A stretch of DNA of 64,000 nucleotides from Escherichia coli (GTDB lineage Bacteria > Pseudomonadota > Gammaproteobacteria > Enterobacterales > Enterobacteriaceae): the NCBI RefSeq assembly GCF_003334815.1, contig NZ_QOWO01000001.1; one strand, 5' to 3'. Each line of letters opens with the position of its first letter. Positions within the stretch are counted from its first letter, which is position 1. Positions 32,306-42,558 of this stretch are shown here, piece by piece. Under the pieces are notes generated by a model, which was given only the letters and a program-made list of their open reading frames with translations, had not been told where the DNA came from and did no database searches. Made by a program: the position numbers and the translations under genes.

Positions 32306-34246
32306 TTAAACCGAGTATCTTTGTGAATATTTTTTCACGTTAGTATCAAGTGGCTGTGAGGACGCGAAAAAATCCCCTTGCCCGCCTGTAACACCGCGCT
32401 GAATCAGGGTCTGCCACTCGCTTCGCGAACGCACGCCGGTGGCGTAAACCTGGGTGCTGGTCCCGGAGCAGGCTTCCACCAGGCTTTGAACCAGCAGCTG
32501 GTTCTCCGTTCGCTTCTCAATGTTTCTGACCAGCCCCGGATGGAGCTTGAGTAACTCAACATTAAGTTCTTTGATCCAACTGGTACTTACCAGCGTCAAA
32601 CCAGCCTGGTTGACGGCTACCCGTACCCCTAAAGCATTCACTAAACGAATAACAGGTTGTAAACGACTGATATGTTGACCTACATCGGCCTCTGCAAGTT
32701 CAATAATTATGCGTTTTCGTTGTGATTTTTCACATTGCATTAACGTATCGCGCAGCCAACGCTGAAAACGCGGGCGAATCAGCGACTCAACGGTAACCTG
32801 AATCGCCAGATTTTCCTCTGGCCAGTAACGCAATAGTGGAATAAGACGGCTGATTTGCAGACGGTCATACTCTTCCGATAAGCCAAACTGCAAGACCATC
32901 GGCATATACTCCGCCGAGCTAACCTCTTCATTACCATCGAAGATGCGGCACATGAGTTCGCGATGATGAACCTGACCTTCGCGAGTAACCGCCGGTTTTT
33001 GATAAAGGCGCGGGCCGCCGCGACTGAGCATTTGCTCGATAAGCGTACGCCAGCGAACATTACCGCGTCCTTTTTCAGGCAACGAGTCATCGTAAATAGC
33101 CCAGCTATTGCCGCCCTGCAATCCCGCATTACGCGTGGCAGACTCTGCATGTTCCATTACCTGCTCGGTATCCTGACCACTACGCCAGGCGCAGATACCA
33201 ATGTGGATCATATCGTCGCGATCGAGCATTTTATTGTTCGGCAAGGTATCAACGGCTTTGATTAACTGACCGGCGATGCTCTCTGCCTCTTTTAACGTCC
33301 GGTGCGGTAACAGCGCAGCAAAATCACTGCGGTGGTAACGCGCCAGCAGTGCGCCAGGGTAGCGCATCATAAATGTCGACAGCAGATTCGTCAGAGTGAA
33401 GAACTGTTCTTCAACCTGGCTGTGCCCCCAGGTATCGCTCAACATATTGAAATCCGGCAGACGAATCATCATCACGATCCCGTGGGTACCTACTTTCTCC
33501 TGATCTTCCAGTAACGTTGCTAACTGATTATCGAAAAAGAGTCGGTTATTGAGGCCGGTTTTCACGTCCTGGGCGGCATAAGAGCGGATCAGCGTATCAA
33601 GACGGCTGTGTTGTTCGCGTGCGTTCTGAATTTCACGAAGCAGCGTATCCAGCGCACTGCTGGTTCTGGGCGGCCATTCATAGATGGTTCCCAACACATT
33701 AGAGCCACGCTCACCGTTTAAGATACGAGTAGCCCGGGTTTCCAGCAATTCTTGCCCGGCAAGTTGCCGTTGTAACCAGCGTACCGCCAGGAAGAGCATA
33801 ACAATGATAAAGCCAATCGCCCCCGTGAGCGGCGCGGTGGTCATCAACGAATGGAAATAGTTGCCCATCGGATCCTGATAAACCAGACGCAACGACATCC
33901 CCGGATGCTTTATCAACGGAACGCTCAGTTCGCGAAACAGATCGCTGGAGCCAACTGGACGATAACTACCATTTCTGGCCAGGGTATAAACCTGTTTATC
34001 ACCATGGAGCAGGTCTACACGAACGATATCTGCCGACATCATTAATTCGGTAATTTGTGGCCTTAATACGCTGAAGTCATTCGACACAAGGTGGGTATCA
34101 ATCGCCGTCGCCACCGCCTGAACGCGATGACTAAACTTATACTGAATGGCGTTGTAGAAACTTAGCGAACAGCCCAGCAAAGTCACAAAAATTGTTAACC
34201 CGGTGAGCAGCGTAACAAAGGCCGAAAATTTCGTCGTTAATCTCAT
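32306..34246 (-). CDS. csrD: degenerate GGDEF-EAL protein CsrD (targets CsrB/CsrC for RNase E)
   Basis: 646-aa ORF with N-terminal TM helices. Confidence 0.9.
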   Translation of the reverse strand: MRLTTKFSAFVTLLTGLTIFVTLLGCSLSFYNAIQYKFSHRVQAVATAIDTHLVSNDFSVLRPQITELMMSADIVRVDLLHGDKQVYTLARNGSYRPVGSSDLFRELSVPLIKHPGMSLRLVYQDPMGNYFHSLMTTAPLTGAIGFIIVMLFLAVRWLQRQLAGQELLETRATRILNGERGSNVLGTIYEWPPRTSSALDTLLREIQNAREQHSRLDTLIRSYAAQDVKTGLNNRLFFDNQLATLLEDQEKVGTHGIVMMIRLPDFNMLSDTWGHSQVEEQFFTLTNLLSTFMMRYPGALLARYHRSDFAALLPHRTLKEAESIAGQLIKAVDTLPNNKMLDRDDMIHIGICAWRSGQDTEQVMEHAESATRNAGLQGGNSWAIYDDSLPEKGRGNVRWRTLIEQMLSRGGPRLYQKPAVTREGQVHHRELMCRIFDGNEEVSSAEYMPMVLQFGLSEEYDRLQISRLIPLLRYWPEENLAIQVTVESLIRPRFQRWLRDTLMQCEKSQRKRIIIELAEADVGQHISRLQPVIRLVNALGVRVAVNQAGLTLVSTSWIKELNVELLKLHPGLVRNIEKRTENQLLVQSLVEACSGTSTQVYATGVRSRSEWQTLIQRGVTGGQGDFFASSQPLDTNVKKYSQRYSV

Positions 34247-34397
34247 CCTTGTGTTAACTCCGATAGTGAGGAAGCGGGCATACTAGCAAATCAGATTTAT
34301 CTCGCAATTTATTGCGCTTCATCGGCTTTGCTTTTCCATTAGCGAGTATAGTCTTCAGAAATTATTTTCCAATCCATCATGCACATGAGGACCACTT

Positions 34398-35372
34398 ATG
34401 CAGGCGTTACTTTTAGAACAGCAGGACGGCAAAACTCTCGCATCAGTACAGACTCTGGACGAAAGTCGCCTGCCGGAGGGCGATGTCACGGTCGATGTTC
34501 ACTGGTCGAGCCTGAACTATAAAGATGCGCTGGCGATTACCGGTAAGGGAAAAATCATCCGTAATTTTCCGATGATTCCTGGGATCGATTTTGCCGGAAC
34601 TGTACGCACCAGCGAAGATCCGCGTTTTCATGCCGGTCAGGAGGTGTTACTCACTGGCTGGGGCGTTGGTGAAAACCACTGGGGTGGGCTGGCGGAGCAG
34701 GCGCGAGTGAAAGGTGACTGGCTGGTTGCCATGCCGCAAGGGCTGGACGCGCGTAAAGCAATGATTATCGGTACTGCCGGTTTTACCGCCATGCTGTGTG
34801 TGATGGCGCTGGAAGATGCCGGTGTTCGCCCGCAGGACGGGGAGATTGTCGTGACGGGTGCCAGTGGTGGCGTCGGCAGTACCGCCGTGGCGCTGCTGCA
34901 TAAGTTGGGTTATCAGGTCGTTGCCGTTTCCGGTCGCGAAAGTACCCATGAATATCTGAAAAGTTTAGGTGCTAGCCGTGTTCTCCCTCGTGATGAGTTT
35001 GCCGAATCCCGTCCTCTGGAAAAACAAGTCTGGGCTGGGGCAATTGACACCGTTGGCGACAAAGTGCTGGCAAAAGTGCTGGCGCAAATGAATTACGGCG
35101 GCTGCGTGGCGGCCTGTGGTCTGGCGGGTGGTTTTACTCTGCCAACCACGGTCATGCCATTTATTCTGCGTAATGTCCGTTTGCAAGGGGTGGATTCAGT
35201 AATGACGCCACCAGAACGCCGCGCACAAGCCTGGCAGCGACTGGTCGCCGATTTACCGGAATCATTCTATACCCAGGCGGCAAAAGAGATATCTCTGTCA
35301 GAGGCACCGAACTTTGCCGAGGCCATCATTAATAACCAGATCCAGGGTCGCACGCTGGTGAAGGTTAACTAA
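34398..35372 (+). CDS. acuI: acrylyl-CoA reductase / quinone oxidoreductase family (YhdH)
   Basis: 324-aa ORF with GASGGVGS NAD(P)-binding motif. Confidence 0.9.
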   Translation: MQALLLEQQDGKTLASVQTLDESRLPEGDVTVDVHWSSLNYKDALAITGKGKIIRNFPMIPGIDFAGTVRTSEDPRFHAGQEVLLTGWGVGENHWGGLAEQARVKGDWLVAMPQGLDARKAMIIGTAGFTAMLCVMALEDAGVRPQDGEIVVTGASGGVGSTAVALLHKLGYQVVAVSGRESTHEYLKSLGASRVLPRDEFAESRPLEKQVWAGAIDTVGDKVLAKVLAQMNYGGCVAACGLAGGFTLPTTVMPFILRNVRLQGVDSVMTPPERRAQAWQRLVADLPESFYTQAAKEISLSEAPNFAEAIINNQIQGRTLVKVN

Positions 35373-36349
35373 CCATTTAGCAGGGAATAATAAGAGAGGG
35401 AACTCATTTTGAAATCATTATTCAATCGGTTAACGGGAAAAGCGGTTAGCCGGACAGCTTTCGTCGAACACCTTGGTCAGGAAGTTATACAACATCATCC
35501 AAACTGGAAAGTCATGATTTCGACTGACCACAAATTGATGCGCATTGATACTCCACTAAACAGCTATTATTGATACGCCTCCGTCGCCTGTTAGGTTTAT
35601 GGTGCTTTGCCTGGGCGACGCTACGCTTAGCCCCTTACTTATTTCTGGTACCATGGGGTGAATAATCTGATTTTGTTTGACTACAAATTAATCACTCGAA
35701 CCTATTTAATGCTGAGCATTGTCAATCGGTTAATTTTGCGTGCTTTAGCATTCACATCTATCCAGACGATGCAGTGAAAATTGGGTAATCCCCAGCAACC
35801 GCTGCGTAATGTCGTCTATCTTGTCGCGATCCTGGCATCCCTACATTATTTGTGGTCTGTGAAGATTATCTCATTGCAGCCCCTCATCTTCGCAGGGCTG
35901 GCTTTTCAGCTTTTCACCTTACGTTATAAGAAGTTCCGTCGATGATGGCGCTAATTTCGTGAATTGTGCGGCTTGTTGCAAATTACACGGTGTTGAAGGT
36001 TATTTACATGTTAGCTGTTGATTATCTTCCCTGATAAGACCAGTATTTAGCTGCCAATTGCTACGAAATCGTTATAATGTGCGACCTCGTCCTCCCTGAC
36101 GCAGTTTTTGCGCTGCGGAAAAGGTGACATTGGCGCAACGAAGGTATATTTTGTTTTTTGCCGGAGGATAGCAGCAGATCGCTGCACAATGTCCGTCAAG
36201 TCTAACATTGACACTCTGGGGCAAAATAGACCGGCGTCCCGGCCTGCTGGAATTTATCGCTATGCATACAGCTGTCGGGGCATACGCTTTACAGACGGCG
36301 GTGAAACGCCTGTCACAATCACACTAAACAAAGAGTACGGAACCCACTC

Positions 36350-36820
36350 ATGGATATTCGTAAGATTAAAAAACTGATCGAGCTGGTTGAAGAATCAGGC
36401 ATCTCCGAACTGGAAATTTCTGAAGGCGAAGAGTCAGTACGCATTAGCCGTGCAGCTCCTGCCGCAAGTTTCCCTGTGATGCAACAAGCTTACGCTGCAC
36501 CAATGATGCAGCAGCCAGCTCAATCTAACGCAGCCGCTCCGGCGACCGTTCCTTCCATGGAAGCGCCAGCAGCAGCGGAAATCAGTGGTCACATCGTACG
36601 TTCCCCGATGGTTGGTACTTTCTACCGCACCCCAAGCCCGGACGCAAAAGCGTTCATCGAAGTGGGTCAGAAAGTCAACGTGGGCGATACCCTGTGCATC
36701 GTTGAAGCCATGAAAATGATGAACCAGATCGAAGCGGACAAATCCGGTACCGTGAAAGCAATTCTGGTCGAAAGTGGACAACCGGTAGAATTTGACGAGC
36801 CGCTGGTCGTCATCGAGTAA
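36350..36820 (+). CDS. accB: biotin carboxyl carrier protein of acetyl-CoA carboxylase
   Basis: 156-aa ORF with biotinyl-lysine motif EAMKMMN. Confidence 0.97.
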
Positions 36821-36830
36821 CGAGGCGAAC

Positions 36831-38180
36831 ATGCTGGATAAAATTGTTATTGCCAACCGCGGCGAGATTGCATTGCGTATTCTTCGTGCCTGTAAAGAAC
36901 TGGGCATCAAGACTGTCGCTGTGCACTCCAGCGCGGATCGCGATCTAAAACACGTATTACTGGCAGATGAAACGGTCTGTATTGGCCCTGCTCCGTCAGT
37001 AAAAAGTTATCTGAACATCCCGGCAATCATCAGCGCCGCTGAAATCACCGGCGCAGTAGCAATCCATCCGGGTTACGGCTTCCTCTCCGAGAACGCCAAC
37101 TTTGCCGAGCAGGTTGAACGCTCCGGCTTTATCTTCATTGGCCCGAAAGCAGAAACCATTCGCCTGATGGGCGACAAAGTATCCGCAATCGCGGCGATGA
37201 AAAAAGCGGGCGTCCCTTGCGTACCGGGTTCTGACGGCCCGCTGGGCGACGATATGGATAAAAACCGTGCCATTGCTAAACGCATTGGTTATCCGGTGAT
37301 TATCAAAGCCTCCGGCGGCGGCGGCGGTCGCGGTATGCGCGTAGTGCGCGGCGACGCTGAACTGGCACAATCCATCTCCATGACCCGTGCGGAAGCGAAA
37401 GCTGCTTTCAGCAACGATATGGTTTACATGGAGAAATACCTGGAAAATCCTCGCCACGTCGAGATTCAGGTACTGGCTGACGGTCAGGGCAACGCTATCT
37501 ATCTGGCGGAACGTGACTGCTCCATGCAACGCCGCCACCAGAAAGTGGTCGAAGAAGCGCCAGCACCGGGCATTACCCCGGAACTGCGTCGCTACATCGG
37601 CGAACGTTGCGCTAAAGCGTGTGTTGATATCGGCTATCGCGGTGCAGGTACTTTCGAGTTCCTGTTCGAAAACGGCGAGTTCTATTTCATCGAAATGAAC
37701 ACCCGTATTCAGGTAGAACACCCGGTTACAGAAATGATCACCGGCGTTGACCTGATCAAAGAACAGCTGCGTATCGCTGCCGGTCAACCGCTGTCGATCA
37801 AGCAAGAAGAAGTTCACGTTCGCGGCCATGCGGTGGAATGTCGTATCAACGCCGAAGATCCGAACACCTTCCTGCCAAGTCCGGGCAAAATCACCCGTTT
37901 CCACGCACCTGGCGGTTTTGGCGTACGTTGGGAGTCTCATATCTACGCGGGCTACACCGTACCGCCGTACTATGACTCAATGATCGGTAAGCTGATTTGC
38001 TACGGTGAAAACCGTGACGTGGCGATTGCCCGCATGAAGAATGCGCTGCAGGAGCTGATCATCGACGGTATCAAAACCAACGTTGATCTGCAGATCCGCA
38101 TCATGAATGACGAGAACTTCCAGCATGGTGGCACTAACATCCACTATCTGGAGAAAAAACTCGGTCTTCAGGAAAAATAA
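36831..38180 (+). CDS. accC: biotin carboxylase subunit of acetyl-CoA carboxylase
   Basis: ORF 36792..38180; start at [16 protein letters not shown] gives 449 aa. Confidence 0.97.
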
Positions 38181-38196
38181 GACTGCTAAAGCGTCA

Positions 38197-38226
38197 AAAG
38201 GCCGGATTTTCCGGCCTTTTTTATTA
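38197..38226 (+). terminator. rho-independent terminator after accC
   Basis: aaaaggccggattttccggccttttttatt. Confidence 0.8.
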
Positions 38227-38288
38227 CTGGGGATCGACAACCCCCATAAGGTACAATCCCCGCTTTCTTCACCCATCAGGGACAAAAA

Positions 38289-38531
38289 ATGGACACTCGT
38301 TTTGTTCAGGCCCATAAAGAGGCGCGCTGGGCGCTGGGGCTGACCCTTTTGTATCTGGCAGTTTGGTTAGTAGCCGCTTACTTATCTGGCGTTGCCCCCG
38401 GTTTTACCGGCTTTCCGCGCTGGTTTGAGATGGCCTGCATCCTGACGCCGCTGCTGTTTATTGGACTGTGCTGGGCGATGGTGAAATTTATCTATCGCGA
38501 TATCCCACTGGAGGATGACGATGCAGCTTGA
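38289..38531 (+). CDS. yhdT: small membrane protein YhdT (DUF997)
   Basis: 80-aa ORF overlapping panF start. Confidence 0.85.
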   Translation: MDTRFVQAHKEARWALGLTLLYLAVWLVAAYLSGVAPGFTGFPRWFEMACILTPLLFIGLCWAMVKFIYRDIPLEDDDAA

Positions 38532-39972
38532 AGTAATTCTACCGCTGGTCGCCTATCTGGTGGTGGTGTTCGGTATCTCGGTTTATGCGATGCGTAAACG
38601 GAGCACCGGCACCTTCCTTAATGAGTATTTCCTCGGCAGCCGCTCTATGGGCGGTATTGTGCTGGCGATGACGCTCACCGCGACCTATATCAGTGCCAGT
38701 TCGTTTATCGGCGGGCCAGGAGCTGCTTATAAATACGGGCTGGGCTGGGTATTGCTGGCGATGATTCAGCTTCCTGCAGTCTGGCTTTCACTCGGTATTC
38801 TCGGCAAGAAGTTTGCGATTCTTGCGCGCCGCTACAATGCAGTGACGCTGAACGATATGCTGTTTGCCCGCTACCAGAGTCGTCTTCTGGTGTGGCTGGC
38901 GAGTTTGAGTTTGCTGGTTGCGTTCGTTGGTGCGATGACCGTGCAGTTTATCGGCGGTGCGCGCCTGCTGGAAACCGCGGCGGGTATTCCTTATGAAACC
39001 GGGCTGCTGATTTTTGGTATCAGCATTGCGTTATATACCGCCTTTGGTGGCTTTCGCGCCAGCGTGCTGAACGACACCATGCAAGGGCTTGTGATGCTGA
39101 TTGGCACCGTTGTGCTGCTTATTGGCGTAGTACATGCCGCTGGCGGCTTAAGTAACGCAGTACAGACCTTGCAAACCATCGATCCGCAACTGGTTACGCC
39201 ACAAGGCGCTGACGATATTCTGTCGCCTGCCTTTATGACGTCGTTCTGGGTACTGGTGTGTTTTGGCGTGATTGGCCTGCCGCATACTGCGGTGCGCTGT
39301 ATCTCTTATAAAGACAGCAAAGCCGTACATCGGGGGATCATCATCGGTACGATTGTGGTCGCAATTCTGATGTTCGGTATGCACCTGGCCGGAGCGTTAG
39401 GTCGGGCGGTGATCCCCGATCTCACCGTACCGGACCTGGTGATCCCAACGTTAATGGTAAAAGTGCTGCCACCGTTTGCTGCCGGGATCTTCCTGGCTGC
39501 ACCGATGGCTGCGATCATGTCGACAATTAACGCCCAACTGCTGCAAAGTTCCGCTACGATCATTAAAGATCTCTATCTGAATATCCGTCCGGATCAAATG
39601 CAAAACGAGACGCGTCTGAAGCGGATGTCGGCGGTAATTACGTTAGTTCTCGGCGCGTTGCTGCTGCTTGCCGCCTGGAAGCCGCCAGAAATGATCATCT
39701 GGCTGAATTTGTTGGCCTTCGGTGGGCTGGAAGCCGTTTTCCTGTGGCCGCTGGTGCTGGGTCTTTACTGGGAACGCGCCAACGCCAAAGGCGCGCTAAG
39801 TGCGATGATCGTTGGCGGCGTGCTGTATGCCGTACTCGCGACGCTGAATATTCAGTACCTGGGCTTCCACCCTATCGTGCCCTCGTTACTACTAAGTTTG
39901 CTGGCTTTCCTGGTCGGAAACCGTTTCGGTACATCCGTCCCGCAAGCTACCGTTTTGACTACTGATAAATAA
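38521..39972 (+). CDS. panF: sodium/pantothenate symporter
   Basis: ORF 38515..39972; start at [18 protein letters not shown] gives 483 aa. Confidence 0.93.
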
Positions 39973-39983
39973 AGAGTTTTGCC

Positions 39984-40865
39984 ATGCCTTGGATCCAACT
40001 GAAACTGAACACCACCGGCGCGAACGCGGAAGATCTTAGCGATGCGCTGATGGAAGCGGGTGCCGTTTCTATCACTTTTCAGGATACCCACGATACGCCA
40101 GTATTTGAACCGCTGCCGGGCGAAACGCGCCTGTGGGGCGACACCGATGTGATTGGTCTGTTCGACGCTGAAACCGATATGAACGACGTGGTGGCGATTC
40201 TGGAAAACCATCCGCTGCTCGGCGCAGGCTTCGCGCATAAAATCGAACAACTAGAAGATAAAGACTGGGAGCGCGAATGGATGGATAATTTCCACCCGAT
40301 GCGCTTTGGTGAACGACTGTGGATCTGCCCTAGCTGGCGTGATGTGCCGGACGAAAACGCCGTCAACGTGATGTTAGATCCAGGGCTGGCGTTTGGTACG
40401 GGTACCCATCCAACCACCTCTCTGTGCCTGCAATGGCTCGACAGCCTCGATTTAACCGGTAAAACAGTCATCGACTTTGGCTGTGGTTCCGGCATTCTGG
40501 CGATCGCGGCGCTGAAACTGGGTGCAGCAAAAGCCATTGGTATTGATATCGATCCGCAGGCGATTCAGGCCAGCCGCGATAACGCCGAACGTAATGGCGT
40601 TTCTGACCGTCTGGAACTCTACTTACCGAAAGATCAGCCAGAAGAAATGAAAGCCGACGTGGTGGTCGCTAACATCCTTGCAGGCCCATTACGTGAACTG
40701 GCACCGTTAATCAGCGTCCTGCCGGTTTCAGGCGGTTTGCTGGGCCTTTCCGGTATTCTGGCAAGCCAGGCAGAGAGCGTTTGTGAAGCTTATGCCGATA
40801 GCTTCGCACTGGACCCGGTCGTGGAAAAAGAAGAGTGGTGCCGTATTACCGGTCGTAAGAATTAA
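39984..40865 (+). CDS. prmA: ribosomal protein L11 methyltransferase
   Basis: 293-aa ORF with SAM-binding [13 protein letters not shown]. Confidence 0.94.
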
Positions 40866-41126
40866 CCTTCGCATCGCCGTAGGGTGACGCGGGGCGAAGT
40901 GCGAGCAAGCTCACAAAAGGCACGTAAATTTGCCGATTATTTACGCAAATTTGCGTGCCAAAATTTTCATTCATAAAGAAAAATTGAGAACTTACTCAAA
41001 TTTCTTTGAGTGTAAATTTTAGTCACTATTTTCTAATATGATGATTTTTATGAGTAATTATCGCACCACGCTCATTTTAAATGCAATTCTTTGATCCATC
41101 TCAGAGGATTGGTCAAAGTTTGGCCT

Positions 41127-41154
41127 TTCATCTCGTGCAAAAAATGCGTAATAT
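41127..41154 (+). promoter_or_regulatory. dusB-fis promoter core (-35 TTCATC, 16-bp spacer, -10 TAATAT, GC-rich discriminator)
   Basis: ttcatc at 41127-41132 and taatat at 41149-41154 followed by acgccgcc, about 40 bp upstream of dusB; consistent with the known stringently controlled fis promoter. Confidence 0.65.
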
Positions 41155-41193
41155 ACGCCGCCTTGCAGTCACAGTATGGTCATTTCTTAACTC

Positions 41194-42159
41194 ATGCGCA
41201 TCGGACAATATCAGCTCAGAAATCGCCTGATCGCAGCGCCCATGGCTGGCATTACAGACAGACCTTTTCGGACGTTGTGCTACGAGATGGGAGCCGGATT
41301 GACAGTATCCGAGATGATGTCTTCTAACCCACAGGTTTGGGAAAGCGACAAATCTCGTTTACGGATGGTGCACATTGATGAACCCGGTATTCGCACCGTG
41401 CAAATTGCTGGTAGCGATCCGAAAGAAATGGCAGATGCAGCACGTATTAACGTGGAAAGCGGTGCCCAGATTATTGATATCAATATGGGTTGCCCGGCTA
41501 AAAAAGTGAATCGCAAGCTCGCAGGTTCAGCCCTCTTGCAGTACCCGGATGTCGTTAAATCGATCCTTACCGAGGTCGTCAATGCAGTGGACGTTCCTGT
41601 TACCCTGAAGATTCGCACCGGCTGGGCACCGGAACACCGTAACTGCGAAGAGATTGCCCAACTGGCTGAAGACTGTGGCATTCAGGCTCTGACCATTCAT
41701 GGCCGTACACGCGCCTGTTTGTTCAATGGAGAAGCTGAGTACGACAGTATTCGGGCAGTTAAGCAGAAAGTTTCCATTCCGGTTATCGCGAATGGCGACA
41801 TTACTGACCCGCTTAAAGCCAGAGCTGTGCTCGACTATACAGGGGCGGATGCCCTGATGATAGGCCGCGCAGCTCAGGGAAGACCCTGGATCTTTCGGGA
41901 AATCCAGCATTATCTGGACACTGGGGAGTTGCTGCCCCCGCTGCCTTTGGCAGAGGTTAAGCGCTTGCTTTGCGCGCACGTTCGGGAACTGCATGACTTT
42001 TATGGTCCGGCAAAAGGGTACCGAATTGCACGTAAACACGTTTCCTGGTATCTCCAGGAACACGCTCCAAATGACCAGTTTCGGCGCACATTCAACGCCA
42101 TTGAGGATGCCAGCGAACAGCTGGAGGCGTTGGAGGCATACTTCGAAAATTTTGCGTAA
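41194..42159 (+). CDS. dusB: tRNA-dihydrouridine synthase B
   Basis: 321-aa [25 protein letters not shown]. Confidence 0.95.
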   Translation: MRIGQYQLRNRLIAAPMAGITDRPFRTLCYEMGAGLTVSEMMSSNPQVWESDKSRLRMVHIDEPGIRTVQIAGSDPKEMADAARINVESGAQIIDINMGCPAKKVNRKLAGSALLQYPDVVKSILTEVVNAVDVPVTLKIRTGWAPEHRNCEEIAQLAEDCGIQALTIHGRTRACLFNGEAEYDSIRAVKQKVSIPVIANGDITDPLKARAVLDYTGADALMIGRAAQGRPWIFREIQHYLDTGELLPPLPLAEVKRLLCAHVRELHDFYGPAKGYRIARKHVSWYLQEHAPNDQFRRTFNAIEDASEQLEALEAYFENFA

Positions 42160-42184
42160 ACAGAAATAAAGAGCTGACAGAACT

Positions 42185-42481
42185 ATGTTCGAACAACGCG
42201 TAAATTCTGACGTACTGACCGTTTCTACCGTTAACTCTCAGGATCAGGTAACCCAAAAACCCCTGCGTGACTCGGTTAAACAGGCACTGAAGAACTATTT
42301 TGCTCAACTGAATGGTCAGGATGTGAATGACCTCTATGAGCTGGTACTGGCTGAAGTAGAACAGCCCCTGTTGGACATGGTGATGCAATACACCCGTGGT
42401 AACCAGACCCGTGCTGCGCTGATGATGGGCATCAACCGTGGTACGCTGCGTAAAAAATTGAAAAAATACGGCATGAACTAA
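42185..42481 (+). CDS. fis: nucleoid-associated DNA-binding protein Fis
   Basis: 98-aa [24 protein letters not shown]...[13 protein letters not shown]. Confidence 0.98.
42465..42481. repeat. left direct repeat (attL core) aatacggcatgaactaa, formed by the last codons and stop of fis
   Basis: 17-bp sequence identical to 51811..51827; a degenerate third copy aacggcatgaaattaa lies at 42503..42518. Confidence 0.75.
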
Positions 42482-42506
42482 AGTCAAGCTGTAACGGCAT
42501 GAAATT

Positions 42507-42537
42507 AAAGGGGCTATTTCAGCCCCTTTACTTTTTG
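42507..42537. terminator. bidirectional rho-independent terminator supplied by the element (ends fis read-through and the cargo operon)
   Basis: aaaggggctatttcagcccctttactttttg. Confidence 0.7.
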
Positions 42538-42558
42538 TTGCAACCGTACTGACAACCC

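Noticed and set aside
35409-35573. Possible 54-codon ORF (TTG start) in the long acuI-accB intergenic region
   Set aside because: No ATG start or clear ribosome-binding site; the region is probably the long accBC leader and promoter; insufficient evidence.
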